Shown one piece after another: positions 27,883 to 37,608 of a DNA stretch of 64,000 nucleotides. The notes under the pieces were generated by a model. It was not told the DNA's origin and did no database searches. It saw only the letters and a program-made list of their open reading frames with translations. The stretch spans positions 4,825-68,824 of the forward strand of contig CAZCYQ010000009.1 of assembly GCA_964503085.1 (NCBI GenBank). Reading direction: 5' to 3'. Both the position numbers and the translations under genes were made by a program. Position 1 is the first letter of the stretch, and every line of letters starts with the position of its first letter. The stretch is from an uncultured Rhodothermaceae bacterium (GTDB lineage Bacteria > Bacteroidota > Rhodothermia > Rhodothermales > Bin80).

Positions 27883-28947
27883 TCAATTGGCAAGATTCAC
27901 ACCGAAACCTGGGTATTCAAGGAGATGCATGTACCCATCAGTCAAAACAAATCCACCCATTGCAGCATCACGGGAGAGGTCAAAGCTTCCATCCAGGTCT
28001 AGGTAGCGCGTCCGGGGACAGGCATAAGCGGTGTGCAGTGCGGCAGCAATACTGATTACACTCTCATCCATGCAACCCCACATCAGGTCAATACCCGCCA
28101 GCTGTGCTATATCTGAAATGCCCAGCGCACCGGTAATACCCCCGCATTTCATGAGCTTGATATTCCAAATACCAAACGGCATGTCAACCGCCAACCTAAG
28201 AGCATCCCCTGGTCCATGCAGGCTCTCGTCGGCCGCCATCAGTTTCTGGGCTTCCCTTGATAACCCGAGCATAAGTCCTTCTTTTCCCCTGTCAAGAGGC
28301 TGCTCAATAAGTTCAAGGTTCAATGCATGCGATTCATGCGCAAGCTGTCTAGCCTGCTCAATGGTATAGCCCTGATTGGCATCAACACGAATTTTTATAT
28401 CCGCTGAACAGAACTCCCGAAGTGCCCGCAAGCGTTCAAGATCCTCTTCATAATTCAAGCCGAGTTTGACCTTCAGGCATTTGAATCCGCGCCCAAGATA
28501 TTCGCGCGCTTCGCTGAGGGTCTCTTCCAATGGCAGGATACCAATCGTAATGGAAGTGGGTAAGGCTTTCACGCATTGTCCGAGCATAGCAGCTACGGGA
28601 ACCCCCATGCTCTGTGCCAATAGATCGTACAATGCCATATCCAGGGCTGCCATGGCGGAAGGATACTGCACACATTCATTTCGCAATCGGCGGCTCAGAG
28701 CTCTTAGTGACCGCGGATCACTCCCTTTCAGAATGTCATGCGCGCAAGCGTCCAGAGCTCCAAGACACGCTTCCGCATTTTCACCAGTTACGGCGGTGGG
28801 AGCAGCGCAACCTAGACCGAGAAAACCCCGATTACTTTCCAGTCGGACAAAATGTAGGTCGACCGTACTGACCACTCGTGTAGCAATCACGTATGGGCGC
28901 GTCAAGGGCAGTTGATCCGTCCAAGTATCTACACCGGTTATGATCAT
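27883..28947 (-). CDS. Enolase-superfamily dipeptide (L-Ala-D/L-Glu-type) epimerase or related N-acyl-amino-acid racemase
   Basis: 354 aa of the muconate-lactonizing-enzyme subgroup. Pattern: KxK ('LKVKLG'), metal ligands in 'RVDANQGY', 'ELIEQP' and 'MADESL', and a second catalytic Lys in 'NIKLMKCGG'. Confidence 0.8.
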   Translation of the reverse strand: MIITGVDTWTDQLPLTRPYVIATRVVSTVDLHFVRLESNRGFLGLGCAAPTAVTGENAEACLGALDACAHDILKGSDPRSLRALSRRLRNECVQYPSAMAALDMALYDLLAQSMGVPVAAMLGQCVKALPTSITIGILPLEETLSEAREYLGRGFKCLKVKLGLNYEEDLERLRALREFCSADIKIRVDANQGYTIEQARQLAHESHALNLELIEQPLDRGKEGLMLGLSREAQKLMAADESLHGPGDALRLAVDMPFGIWNIKLMKCGGITGALGISDIAQLAGIDLMWGCMDESVISIAAALHTAYACPRTRYLDLDGSFDLSRDAAMGGFVLTDGYMHLLEYPGFGVNLAN

Positions 28948-29993
28948 GAGAACAGCTTATCCCGGACTGTTTCCGCCAGGCGCCCTACTCCATCCTCCAG
29001 TGGTCGTACCACAGGCAGACCATGACATGCCTCAAGCTCTGCTGCAATCCGTGCGGATTTTGCGTCATCAAGTCCACGTGTGAACAGAGAGATTGCCCAC
29101 ACTTGTGAACCCAGCAGGCGAATCAATTCGATCTCTTCACGTAATGGAGGCAGAGGGCAATCAAGGTGCTCAAAATCCTCAAAATGGCTTCGCGCAGGTG
29201 CGTGCTGCAAGATTACTCCAGCTGCTCGCGCCGAACATATAAATTCGGCCCCAGCCGGGCCAGCCGGGTTACGCAGCCCCGACTGCCCCTCCAGGAGAAT
29301 TACATCTGGACTCGTTTCCCTGGCGCATGCCAGGATTGCACCCTCCAGTTCGCCAGACACAAAATCGTTCAGCGTCGAATCAAAAATAAAGCCATGCCGA
29401 AGCCCCTGTAACCAGCCTGTCTGTCCTGTGTAGATCATTTCAGCATTGATGCCCTGCACTCGGAGCGCTGCGCGCAGGAGCATGGCCGTCGTACGTTTGC
29501 CAATCGCGCAGTCCATACCCAGAACGGCAACACGTGGAGTGGGCACCGAAAGTACCTCACCCGTCCAGAATCTCAGTTCAGATGCGCGTCGGGGCTTTCG
29601 CAGATCAATAATGCCCGCTGTTGCCTGTTCGGCAATCTCAAGATCATCCGACAGTAGATAATGAAGCCCATTTACCAAAGTAAGCCCGGCGGATGCGGCG
29701 GCAAGCAACTCTCTGCGGAGGGCATCTGGCAGCATTCCGCCAGCCGTCGCGACGCCTACCACGCAATGAGTTGGACGAGCGGAAGTGAGTTCGAGGGCCT
29801 CTGCAACGGTACGGAAAAAAGGAATACTCCGATGGCGCCCATCCAGAACTCGACCGGCATCCTGACCTGCGTAATCGGGATCAATCACTCCCAGAATGGT
29901 ATACCGGCTGGGACCACGTAGAAGCCCATGTGTAGTTTTTGCGAAGACGCTATCAAAAAGCCCGTTTGCAAGTATAAGCGCGCGCTCAGGCAT
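28944..29993 (-). CDS. DUF1611-family protein (P-loop-like; paired with the epimerase)
   Basis: 349 aa. 'ALILANGLF...KTTHGLLRG' and 'VLGMDCAIGKRTT' match my recollection of the DUF1611 family. Its stop forms an ATGA overlap with the epimerase start. Confidence 0.6.
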   Translation of the reverse strand: MPERALILANGLFDSVFAKTTHGLLRGPSRYTILGVIDPDYAGQDAGRVLDGRHRSIPFFRTVAEALELTSARPTHCVVGVATAGGMLPDALRRELLAAASAGLTLVNGLHYLLSDDLEIAEQATAGIIDLRKPRRASELRFWTGEVLSVPTPRVAVLGMDCAIGKRTTAMLLRAALRVQGINAEMIYTGQTGWLQGLRHGFIFDSTLNDFVSGELEGAILACARETSPDVILLEGQSGLRNPAGPAGAEFICSARAAGVILQHAPARSHFEDFEHLDCPLPPLREEIELIRLLGSQVWAISLFTRGLDDAKSARIAAELEACHGLPVVRPLEDGVGRLAETVRDKLFS

Positions 29994-30113
29994 AATACTC
30001 GAAGCTAATTAGATTCTGAGGTTACAACAGTTTCGCCTAGTTATATCTTCTAACGCACTAAAATAAGGTTACTCGCTGCATACTGCGCCATACTTGAGAC
30101 ACGCTGAAACTCA

Positions 30114-32687
30114 ATGATTCCCAAACCAATACATACGCTAACGATCACCCCGTCTCTCCCTCCTTCCCTCGAAAGGTTGCGGGAACTGGCATATAATGTT
30201 CGCTGGGCCTGGGATGAAAATACGGTAGACCTTTTTCGGAGGCTGGACGCGGACCTTTGGCGCTCTTCCGGTCACAACCCGGTGAGTATGTTGGCCCAAA
30301 CTTCGGTGGCCCGATTAGAAGAACTTGCAGAGGATGAAGACTTTGTCGCACATCTGAATGAAGTATGCGCATCCTTCGATGCATACATGCAAGAGGGCGC
30401 AACATGGTATTCCCGCGCCCACACGGATGATGAACTCCTGGCAGCCTACTTTTCTGCCGAATTTGGCGTGACCGAGTGCATGTCAATTTTTGCTGGAGGA
30501 CTTGGCGTATTGGCAGGTGATCACCTCAAGAGTGCCAGTGATCTTGGAATCCCCATGGTTGGTGTTGGCCTTATGTATCAACAAGGATACTTCATTCAAC
30601 ATCTGGATGAAAACGGCTGGCAACGAGAATCCTATCTAGAGAATGATTTTGCCAGCCTGCCATTGACTCTGGAGCGTGATACGAATGGCGCGCCATTACA
30701 AGTACACGTCGAAATCGGTGCACGCAGGGTGTATGCACGTATCTGGCGTCTACAGGTGGGTCGTGTGCCTTTGTATCTGTTGGATACTAATTTCGATGCC
30801 AATGAGCATGGCGAAGATCGCAATCTGACAGATTACCTGTATGGAGGTGGCGATGAGCTCCGTATCCGACAGGAAATCATACTGGGTATTGGCGGATACA
30901 GAGCCCTGCAGTTACTGAACCTAAAGCCCCAAGTTTTTCATCTTAATGAAGGACATTCAGCATTTCTGACGCTAGAACACACCAGGAAGCTGATGGTGAA
31001 CCATCATCTGCCCTTCAAGGAAGCCAGCGTTGCTGCGGCTGCAAATGTGGTCTTCACGACACACACGCCGGTGGAGGCGGGACACGATCGTTTTCCGCCA
31101 GAGCTCATGGATCGCTACCTAGTGTCCTATGCCAAGGATGCATTGGGTCTTGATCGCCAGGAATTTCTTGCCCTGGGCCGTGAACATCCAGACAACGATA
31201 ACGAATTCTTCGGCATGACCAAGCTTGCCTTACGTATGAGTAGTACATGCAATGGTGTGGCCAAGCTGCATGGGGAGGTGAGTCGCGCCATGTGGCAAAA
31301 TCTTTGGCCTGAACTACCGGAAAATGAAGTGCCGATCAGCCATGTGACAAACGGGATCCATATTTCTTCGTGGATCTCGGGGGCGATGAAGCAACACCTT
31401 GATCGCTATGTAGGCCCGCAGTGGCGCGAAAAGGCGATTAGCCTGTCTCAGTGGAAACAAGCGGAGCAGATCCCGGACGAAGTACTTTGGCAAACCCACG
31501 TAAAACAGCGGGAGCAACTTGTCTGGCAGGCACGCAAATCTCTGCAGTCCAGGCTGCACCGATTGGGCGCCTCAGCACAGGAAATTTACCGGGCAGCAAC
31601 AATACTTGATCCGAACACACTCACGATAGGATTTGCCCGCCGGTTCGCCACATACAAACGAGCAACCCTGCTACTTCAGGACTATGATCGGCTTGTAAGA
31701 ATTCTGACCAATGAATCACAGCCGGTTCAGATAATCTTTGCAGGCAAAGCGCATCCTCGTGACCATCCAGGCAAAGAGTTGATTCAGCAGATTGTTAATG
31801 CTTCCAATACAGCGTCTCTGCGCAACCATATTGTCTTCCTGGAGGACTACGGTATGGCAATTGCGCGGTATCTGGTGCAGGGCGTGGATTTATGGCTAAA
31901 TACTCCCCGCCGGCCGAGAGAGGCGAGTGGGACCAGCGGAATGAAGGCTGCCGCCAATGGTGGCCTCAATCTCAGCATCCTGGACGGATGGTGGGATGAA
32001 GGCTATGATTCATCAATCGGCTGGGCTATCGGTAATGGCGAAGTCATGGAAAATCATGCCTATCAGGATGAGTGGGAAGCAACCCAATTGTATGATCAAC
32101 TGGAATACGAGATAGTGCCGCTGTTCTATGATCGCTCCTCCGAAGGACTGCCTCGAGAATGGATCGCCCGAATGAAGCGCTCAATTGCGGCATACAGCGA
32201 TTTCTTTAATACGCACCGAATGGTTCAGGAATACACAGAAGGAATTTACCTGGCCGCTGCTGCACGCGCGAAAGCGCTACAATCCGAAGATTTGAAGAGA
32301 GCGCGGGCACTATCTACGTGGCAGCGGAAGATTCAGGAGGCCTGGCAAAAGGTCCAAGTGAGCGTTGCTGACGATTCCCCGCAGGGCAGTCAAAAGGTAG
32401 GCATGCCATTTACCATTAGGGCACGTGTGAAGCTTGGAGATTTGCTGCCGGATGATGTTGAGGTGCAACTGTACCTGGGACGCGTCACTGCCGAGGGGGA
32501 AATCGTGGATGCAACCATCACTCCAATGGTTCTGGCAGAAGCTGGAAACGGAACGTCTCATCTGTACGAGGCCACGAACGTAACCTGCACGAACAGTGGT
32601 TCAGCGGGTTACACCGTGCGTGTCCTGCCTAAACACCAGGACCAAGTTTCGATGCAGCACTCGGGATTGGTGGCCTGGGCTCAGTAA
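30114..32687 (+). CDS. glgP: Alpha-glucan (glycogen/maltodextrin) phosphorylase, GT35
   Basis: 857 aa. It has 'AGGLGVLAGDHLKSASDLG' and the PLP-lysine region 'EASGTSGMKAAANG'. Confidence 0.9.
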   Translation: MIPKPIHTLTITPSLPPSLERLRELAYNVRWAWDENTVDLFRRLDADLWRSSGHNPVSMLAQTSVARLEELAEDEDFVAHLNEVCASFDAYMQEGATWYSRAHTDDELLAAYFSAEFGVTECMSIFAGGLGVLAGDHLKSASDLGIPMVGVGLMYQQGYFIQHLDENGWQRESYLENDFASLPLTLERDTNGAPLQVHVEIGARRVYARIWRLQVGRVPLYLLDTNFDANEHGEDRNLTDYLYGGGDELRIRQEIILGIGGYRALQLLNLKPQVFHLNEGHSAFLTLEHTRKLMVNHHLPFKEASVAAAANVVFTTHTPVEAGHDRFPPELMDRYLVSYAKDALGLDRQEFLALGREHPDNDNEFFGMTKLALRMSSTCNGVAKLHGEVSRAMWQNLWPELPENEVPISHVTNGIHISSWISGAMKQHLDRYVGPQWREKAISLSQWKQAEQIPDEVLWQTHVKQREQLVWQARKSLQSRLHRLGASAQEIYRAATILDPNTLTIGFARRFATYKRATLLLQDYDRLVRILTNESQPVQIIFAGKAHPRDHPGKELIQQIVNASNTASLRNHIVFLEDYGMAIARYLVQGVDLWLNTPRRPREASGTSGMKAAANGGLNLSILDGWWDEGYDSSIGWAIGNGEVMENHAYQDEWEATQLYDQLEYEIVPLFYDRSSEGLPREWIARMKRSIAAYSDFFNTHRMVQEYTEGIYLAAAARAKALQSEDLKRARALSTWQRKIQEAWQKVQVSVADDSPQGSQKVGMPFTIRARVKLGDLLPDDVEVQLYLGRVTAEGEIVDATITPMVLAEAGNGTSHLYEATNVTCTNSGSAGYTVRVLPKHQDQVSMQHSGLVAWAQ

Positions 32688-33472
32688 GCAGATTCTTCCT
32701 GTGTCCCTAAAGAAGCCAGGGAAATCCAGCCTGAATCTTCAAAGACCGCATCAGGCAGTTCCGTATAGACACCCAAATTCGAAAGAACCCGGGCGTTGGA
32801 CTCGTCTCCAGGTACGGCACGGGTATTAGCAAGCATTATGCCGCCGTAATACTCGTACCCATCCCAGGTTGTGGTAAAGGAAGGTTCCTCCTGATCGGCA
32901 TTCGCATAATAGGACCACTGAGTCACGAGGCCGCTTTCTTTATCAACATAGACATCGTAACCGTTTTGCGGGGTCAGACCAACACCCTCAAATCCGAGAG
33001 TAAGAATGTGTGCCTCCCTGCCATCGGCCGTCTGGCCGTCCTCTTTGTAGCCCAGCGTGACCCCCGAATCCTTAAGCTTATAGGGCATAAGAAGCCAATA
33101 ACCGGCATTAATCCAATCTCTGTAGGCACCATTGAGCAGCTCATCCGCAGGCATAACTTCATTACCTTTAACGAACGCTTGTCCTTCCATTGTATGGATA
33201 TTCATAAGTACGACCGTACTGTCTCCCTGCCACCGAAACCTTCCTGTCCACTTGTCCCATACATGATCGTCACCGAAAACGGTCCAACTCAGATACCGGG
33301 CGTTATCCCAGGCTGCGCGCCCGCCCATACTGGCCATGACCTGATCGGCGATCTCCATAGCCTGCAGATCAGAGGCCTCCATATTGAAGTCCTCCATTGG
33401 GGGATTGGGGTCAGCCTGTGCCAAGACCAGCCCGGGTAAGAGTAGTGATAGCAGTAACAAATAATGTTTCAC
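32681..33472 (-). CDS. Secreted hypothetical protein
   Basis: A GTG start at 33472 gives 'MKHYLLLLSLLLPGLVLAQA', a clean signal peptide. The track start at 33532 adds 20 residues. No family recognised. Its 3' end overlaps glgP convergently by 7 nt. Confidence 0.6.
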   Translation of the reverse strand: MKHYLLLLSLLLPGLVLAQADPNPPMEDFNMEASDLQAMEIADQVMASMGGRAAWDNARYLSWTVFGDDHVWDKWTGRFRWQGDSTVVLMNIHTMEGQAFVKGNEVMPADELLNGAYRDWINAGYWLLMPYKLKDSGVTLGYKEDGQTADGREAHILTLGFEGVGLTPQNGYDVYVDKESGLVTQWSYYANADQEEPSFTTTWDGYEYYGGIMLANTRAVPGDESNARVLSNLGVYTELPDAVFEDSGWISLASLGTQEESAY

Positions 33473-33579
33473 GAGATCAGTTGGTTTAAGTTGTGGATGG
33501 ATCCCGGTTTGCATACTATAGTTTGGGTACAATCCCTATAGTTCGCCGGGGCGGTTAATCATAGCAATTCAATGATCCA

Positions 33580-35901
33580 ATGCAAGTAAAGCTTTCAACG
33601 CTGTTTTTGTTTCTGTTTTTTGTGGTGCAGGCTGACGCGCAGATTACCATTACCGAGGATGACTATGCCCGGGCAGAGTCTGTACTTGGGACAACAACCC
33701 GGGGCATGGTTTACCATACGCGCATACAGCCAAACTGGTTGGAGGATGATCGTTTCTGGTATCGTCGGATAATGCCGACGGACAACGAATTCATGTTAGT
33801 GGATCCTGCCCGGGGTGAGCACCGTCTATTGTTTGATCAGGCTCGCATGACTGAAGCAATTAACAGTCATCTTGGATTATCCGGCGCTGAAGTAAACTTT
33901 TCGCGCGCTTCATATGACGGTGAAACAGACCAACTCTTATCTCCCCAAGGAGATGGTAACGTCGCGTGCAACGTGATCACCTATACTTGCGAGTCGGTTG
34001 AGCGGACGGACAGGGAGAATGTCCGGCAAACAGCAGCACTTTCGCCTGATGGCAGCCATGAGGCCTTTCGAAAGGACAACAACCTCTGGATCCGAGCCAC
34101 AGATACCGGCGAGGAAAAGCAGCTCACATTTGACGGCGAAAAGGATTTTGGTTACGCAACCAATAACGCGGGATGGGTCAGGAACGAACGCCCGGTCCTA
34201 CTCTGGTCACCGGACTCAAAAAAGATTGCAACATTTCAACATGACGGTCGTGGCGTCGGTGAAATGTACATGGTCTCCACAGAGATAGGACGCTCAGAGT
34301 TGGAGGCGTGGAAATACCCTCTGCCGCAAGACAGTGTGGTATTCATGATTCACCGGGTCGTCATACATGTGGATGAACCCCGAACTGTCCGACTGGATAT
34401 GGCGCCGGATTATCACCGCGGAACCACCACAGATCATATAGCAGATTGGGATGGCACCTTCATGGATGTACGATGGAGCGATGACAGCGAGCGGCTGGCC
34501 TTTGTGTCTTCATCAAGAGATCACAAAGATGCCTGGCTGAGAGTTGCCGATCCGGAATCTGGAGCCGTGCGGGAGGTACTTCACGAAAGAGTGGATACCT
34601 ACTATGAGTCTGGCGTCAATGCGGAGAACTGGCAGGTGTTTTTTGATACCGGTGAAGTACTCTGGTATTCTGAGCGTTCGGACTGGGGACACCTGTACCT
34701 GTATGATCTCAGTACAGGTGAACTCAAGCGCCAGATAACAAGTGGCGACTGGATTGTGCGTCAGGTGCGTCGCACCGACCTGGACGCACGCATGTTGTAT
34801 TTCACGGGATCAGGTCGGGACGGTGCTGATCCATACTTCCAGTATTTGTATCGCGTCAGTATGGACGGCGATGAGCCGGAATTACTGACCCCTGAAGAGG
34901 CTAACCACATCGTATCCTTCTCCCCTGGAGGAAATTATATTCTGGATACGTGGTCTCGCCCGGATGTGCCTCAGAAGCACGCCATTCGCAATCTTGACGG
35001 CAGCATGGCGGTACATTTGGGCGAAGCGGACATATCCGAACTTCTTACGACCGATTGGCGACCGCCAGAGCCGTTCTCTGTGAAGGCGCGGGATAATGAG
35101 ACGGATCTTCATGGCTTACTGTATAAACCGAGCAATTTTGACCCATCCAGGCGTTACCCGGTTCTAAATTACCTTTATCCAGGACCTCAGAGTGGAAGTG
35201 TTGGATCAAGAAGTTTTACGCCGGCCCGCGGAGATAAGCAAGCACTGGCAGAGCTGGGGTTCATAGTTGTAGAGGTAGACGCAATGGGAACGCCAGGTCG
35301 CTCAAAGTCCTTCCATGATGCCTACTATGGAAATATGGGGGATAATGGCATACCCGATCAGATTACTACGATTCGTCAACTCGGTGCACAAAATCCATGG
35401 ATGGATTTGGATCGCGTGGGTATATGGGGACACTCGGGAGGTGGATTTGCCTCGACTGGTGCGATACTACGATATCCCGATTTCTACAAGGTGGCGGTCA
35501 GCGGTGCAGGTAATCACGACAATCGGAATTATGAAGACGATTGGGGTGAAAAATGGCAGGGTCTGCTGGAAGTGAACCCGGATGGAACGACAAACTACGA
35601 CAACCAATCCAACATCCTCCTGGCGGAAAATCTGGAGGGTAAGCTCCTGCTCGCCCATGGGCTTCTGGATGACAATGTTCCGGCCTCCAATACGCTGCTA
35701 CTTGTGGAAGCACTCGTAGCTGCAAACAAGGATTTTGATCTTGTCGTTTTCCCGAACGAGTCACATGGGTTTGGCCAAAGACGCACCTATTGGATGCGTC
35801 GCCGCTGGGACTACTTTGTAGAACATCTGCTGGGAGTTCCACCCCCGAAAGAATATGAATTTGGGCGGGAGCGTGTTCGGGTCGCACGACCGACAGGATA
35901 G
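33580..35901 (+). CDS. S9-family dipeptidyl peptidase (DPP IV-like: beta-propeller plus alpha/beta hydrolase)
   Basis: 773 aa with a signal peptide. The nucleophile elbow is 'GIWGHSGGGFAS', and the C-terminus has 'HGLLDDNV' and 'FPNESHGF' (Asp/His of the triad). Confidence 0.85.
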   Translation: MQVKLSTLFLFLFFVVQADAQITITEDDYARAESVLGTTTRGMVYHTRIQPNWLEDDRFWYRRIMPTDNEFMLVDPARGEHRLLFDQARMTEAINSHLGLSGAEVNFSRASYDGETDQLLSPQGDGNVACNVITYTCESVERTDRENVRQTAALSPDGSHEAFRKDNNLWIRATDTGEEKQLTFDGEKDFGYATNNAGWVRNERPVLLWSPDSKKIATFQHDGRGVGEMYMVSTEIGRSELEAWKYPLPQDSVVFMIHRVVIHVDEPRTVRLDMAPDYHRGTTTDHIADWDGTFMDVRWSDDSERLAFVSSSRDHKDAWLRVADPESGAVREVLHERVDTYYESGVNAENWQVFFDTGEVLWYSERSDWGHLYLYDLSTGELKRQITSGDWIVRQVRRTDLDARMLYFTGSGRDGADPYFQYLYRVSMDGDEPELLTPEEANHIVSFSPGGNYILDTWSRPDVPQKHAIRNLDGSMAVHLGEADISELLTTDWRPPEPFSVKARDNETDLHGLLYKPSNFDPSRRYPVLNYLYPGPQSGSVGSRSFTPARGDKQALAELGFIVVEVDAMGTPGRSKSFHDAYYGNMGDNGIPDQITTIRQLGAQNPWMDLDRVGIWGHSGGGFASTGAILRYPDFYKVAVSGAGNHDNRNYEDDWGEKWQGLLEVNPDGTTNYDNQSNILLAENLEGKLLLAHGLLDDNVPASNTLLLVEALVAANKDFDLVVFPNESHGFGQRRTYWMRRRWDYFVEHLLGVPPPKEYEFGRERVRVARPTG

Positions 35902-35907
35902 CGACTG

Positions 35908-37608
35908 ATGCGATACTTGCTTGTGCTTGTTCTGTTGGTTAGTGGATGCACGCGAGTGGCAGACTATGACCTCATCATACGCGGGGGAACCGTATACGAT
36001 GGTACAGGAACGGCTCCCTACATTGCAGATGTAGCCGTTAATGCGGATACGATCGCGGCAGTTGGGGATCTGGCTGATGTACGCGGCGCCGAAGAGATAA
36101 ATGCAGAAGGCTTGGCCGTAGCTCCAGGATTCATTAACATGCTGAGTTGGGCCACAGAAAGCCTCATCATAGATGGACGCTCGCTGAGCGACCTCAGCCA
36201 AGGTGTAACACTGGAGGTATTTGGAGAGGGCGTATCCAATGGGCCGCTGAACGCGCGTATGAGGGAGGAATTGTGGGACCTGTTTGTTGCCCAAGTCGGA
36301 TCAGAAGATGAGGCCGCTGTACTCCTAGGCGGCAAACAAATTCCATGGACTACACTCGATGAATATCTATCATTCCTTGAATCGAAGGGTGTTTCCACCA
36401 ATGTCGCTTCACTAATTGGTGCCGCTACGGTTCGTCAGCATGTGATCGGCGAGGATGATCGTGCGCCGACCGCCGAGGAGCTAGCGCGCATGCAGGATCT
36501 GGTACGGGAGGCTATGGCCGGGGGCGCGCTTGGCGTAGGTTCCTCATTAATCTATGTGCCAGGCCTCTTTGCGAGCACAGACGAACTGACTGCGCTCGCG
36601 TTAGCGGCCGGGGAGTATGATGGAGTGTACACGTCGCACATACGAAGCGAAGGCGGTCGCCTTCTGGAATCTATAGAGGAGTTGATCCAGATTGCACGTG
36701 ATGCAGGTGTGCGCGGACATATTTATCACCTGAAGGCGGCTGGAAGAAACAATTGGCACAAAATGGAGGCCGTGGTTGAGCGTGTGAATGAAGCTCGCTC
36801 AGAGGGCCTCGCAATTACGGCTGACATCTACACTTATGTTGCGGGAGCCACCGGACTTGATGCAGCGATGCCACCCGATGTCCGGGCCGGTGGCATGATG
36901 GCATGGCACGCACGACTCCATGATCCGATCGTGCGGGCCCGAATGGAAACAGAGATGATGACTCCATCAGATGATTGGGAAAATCTGATGCTTGAGGCGG
37001 GACCCGAAAATGTGATGCTAACTGGATTCAGGAATGAGGCCCTGCGCGAGTATATGGGCATGCGACTAACTGAAATAGCTGATTTGCGGGGAACTTCCGT
37101 ACCGGCAACGGTGATGGATCTTGTGAAAGAAGACACAAGCAGAGTGGGGGCCGTCTATTTTCTTATGGATGAGTCCAATGTACATCTTAAACTGCGGCAA
37201 CCCTGGGTTGCGATTGATTCGGATGCAGTGTCCCTGGCACCGGAAGGTGCCTCGCTGAATTCTATGGTTCATCCACGCACGTATGGTTCCTTCGCCCGTC
37301 TATTGGCAAAATATGTTCGCGAGGAACAGGTCCTTACGCTTGAAGAAGCGGTACGGCGCATGACATCATTGCCCGCATCTGTGCTATCAATTGACCGCAG
37401 GGGATTGATTGAGAAGGGTTATTTTGGGGACATTGCCGTCTTTGATCCATTAACGATCCAAGATCATGCTACATTCGAGGAGCCCCATCAACTTGCGACT
37501 GGTATGTATTATGTATTTGTGAATGGGACTCGGGTACTGGACAACGGTGAACATACCGGTGCAATGCCTGGCCGTGTGGTACGAAGATCAAGCAGTACCG
37601 TCCGATGA
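35908..37608 (+). CDS. N-acyl-D-amino-acid deacylase (D-aminoacylase) family amidohydrolase, lipoprotein
   Basis: 566 aa with lipobox 'LVSGC'. '[14 protein letters not shown]', 'YTSHIRSEG', 'HIYHLKAAG' and the C-terminal 'DIAVFDP...FVNG' are typical of the family. Confidence 0.8.
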   Translation: MRYLLVLVLLVSGCTRVADYDLIIRGGTVYDGTGTAPYIADVAVNADTIAAVGDLADVRGAEEINAEGLAVAPGFINMLSWATESLIIDGRSLSDLSQGVTLEVFGEGVSNGPLNARMREELWDLFVAQVGSEDEAAVLLGGKQIPWTTLDEYLSFLESKGVSTNVASLIGAATVRQHVIGEDDRAPTAEELARMQDLVREAMAGGALGVGSSLIYVPGLFASTDELTALALAAGEYDGVYTSHIRSEGGRLLESIEELIQIARDAGVRGHIYHLKAAGRNNWHKMEAVVERVNEARSEGLAITADIYTYVAGATGLDAAMPPDVRAGGMMAWHARLHDPIVRARMETEMMTPSDDWENLMLEAGPENVMLTGFRNEALREYMGMRLTEIADLRGTSVPATVMDLVKEDTSRVGAVYFLMDESNVHLKLRQPWVAIDSDAVSLAPEGASLNSMVHPRTYGSFARLLAKYVREEQVLTLEEAVRRMTSLPASVLSIDRRGLIEKGYFGDIAVFDPLTIQDHATFEEPHQLATGMYYVFVNGTRVLDNGEHTGAMPGRVVRRSSSTVR

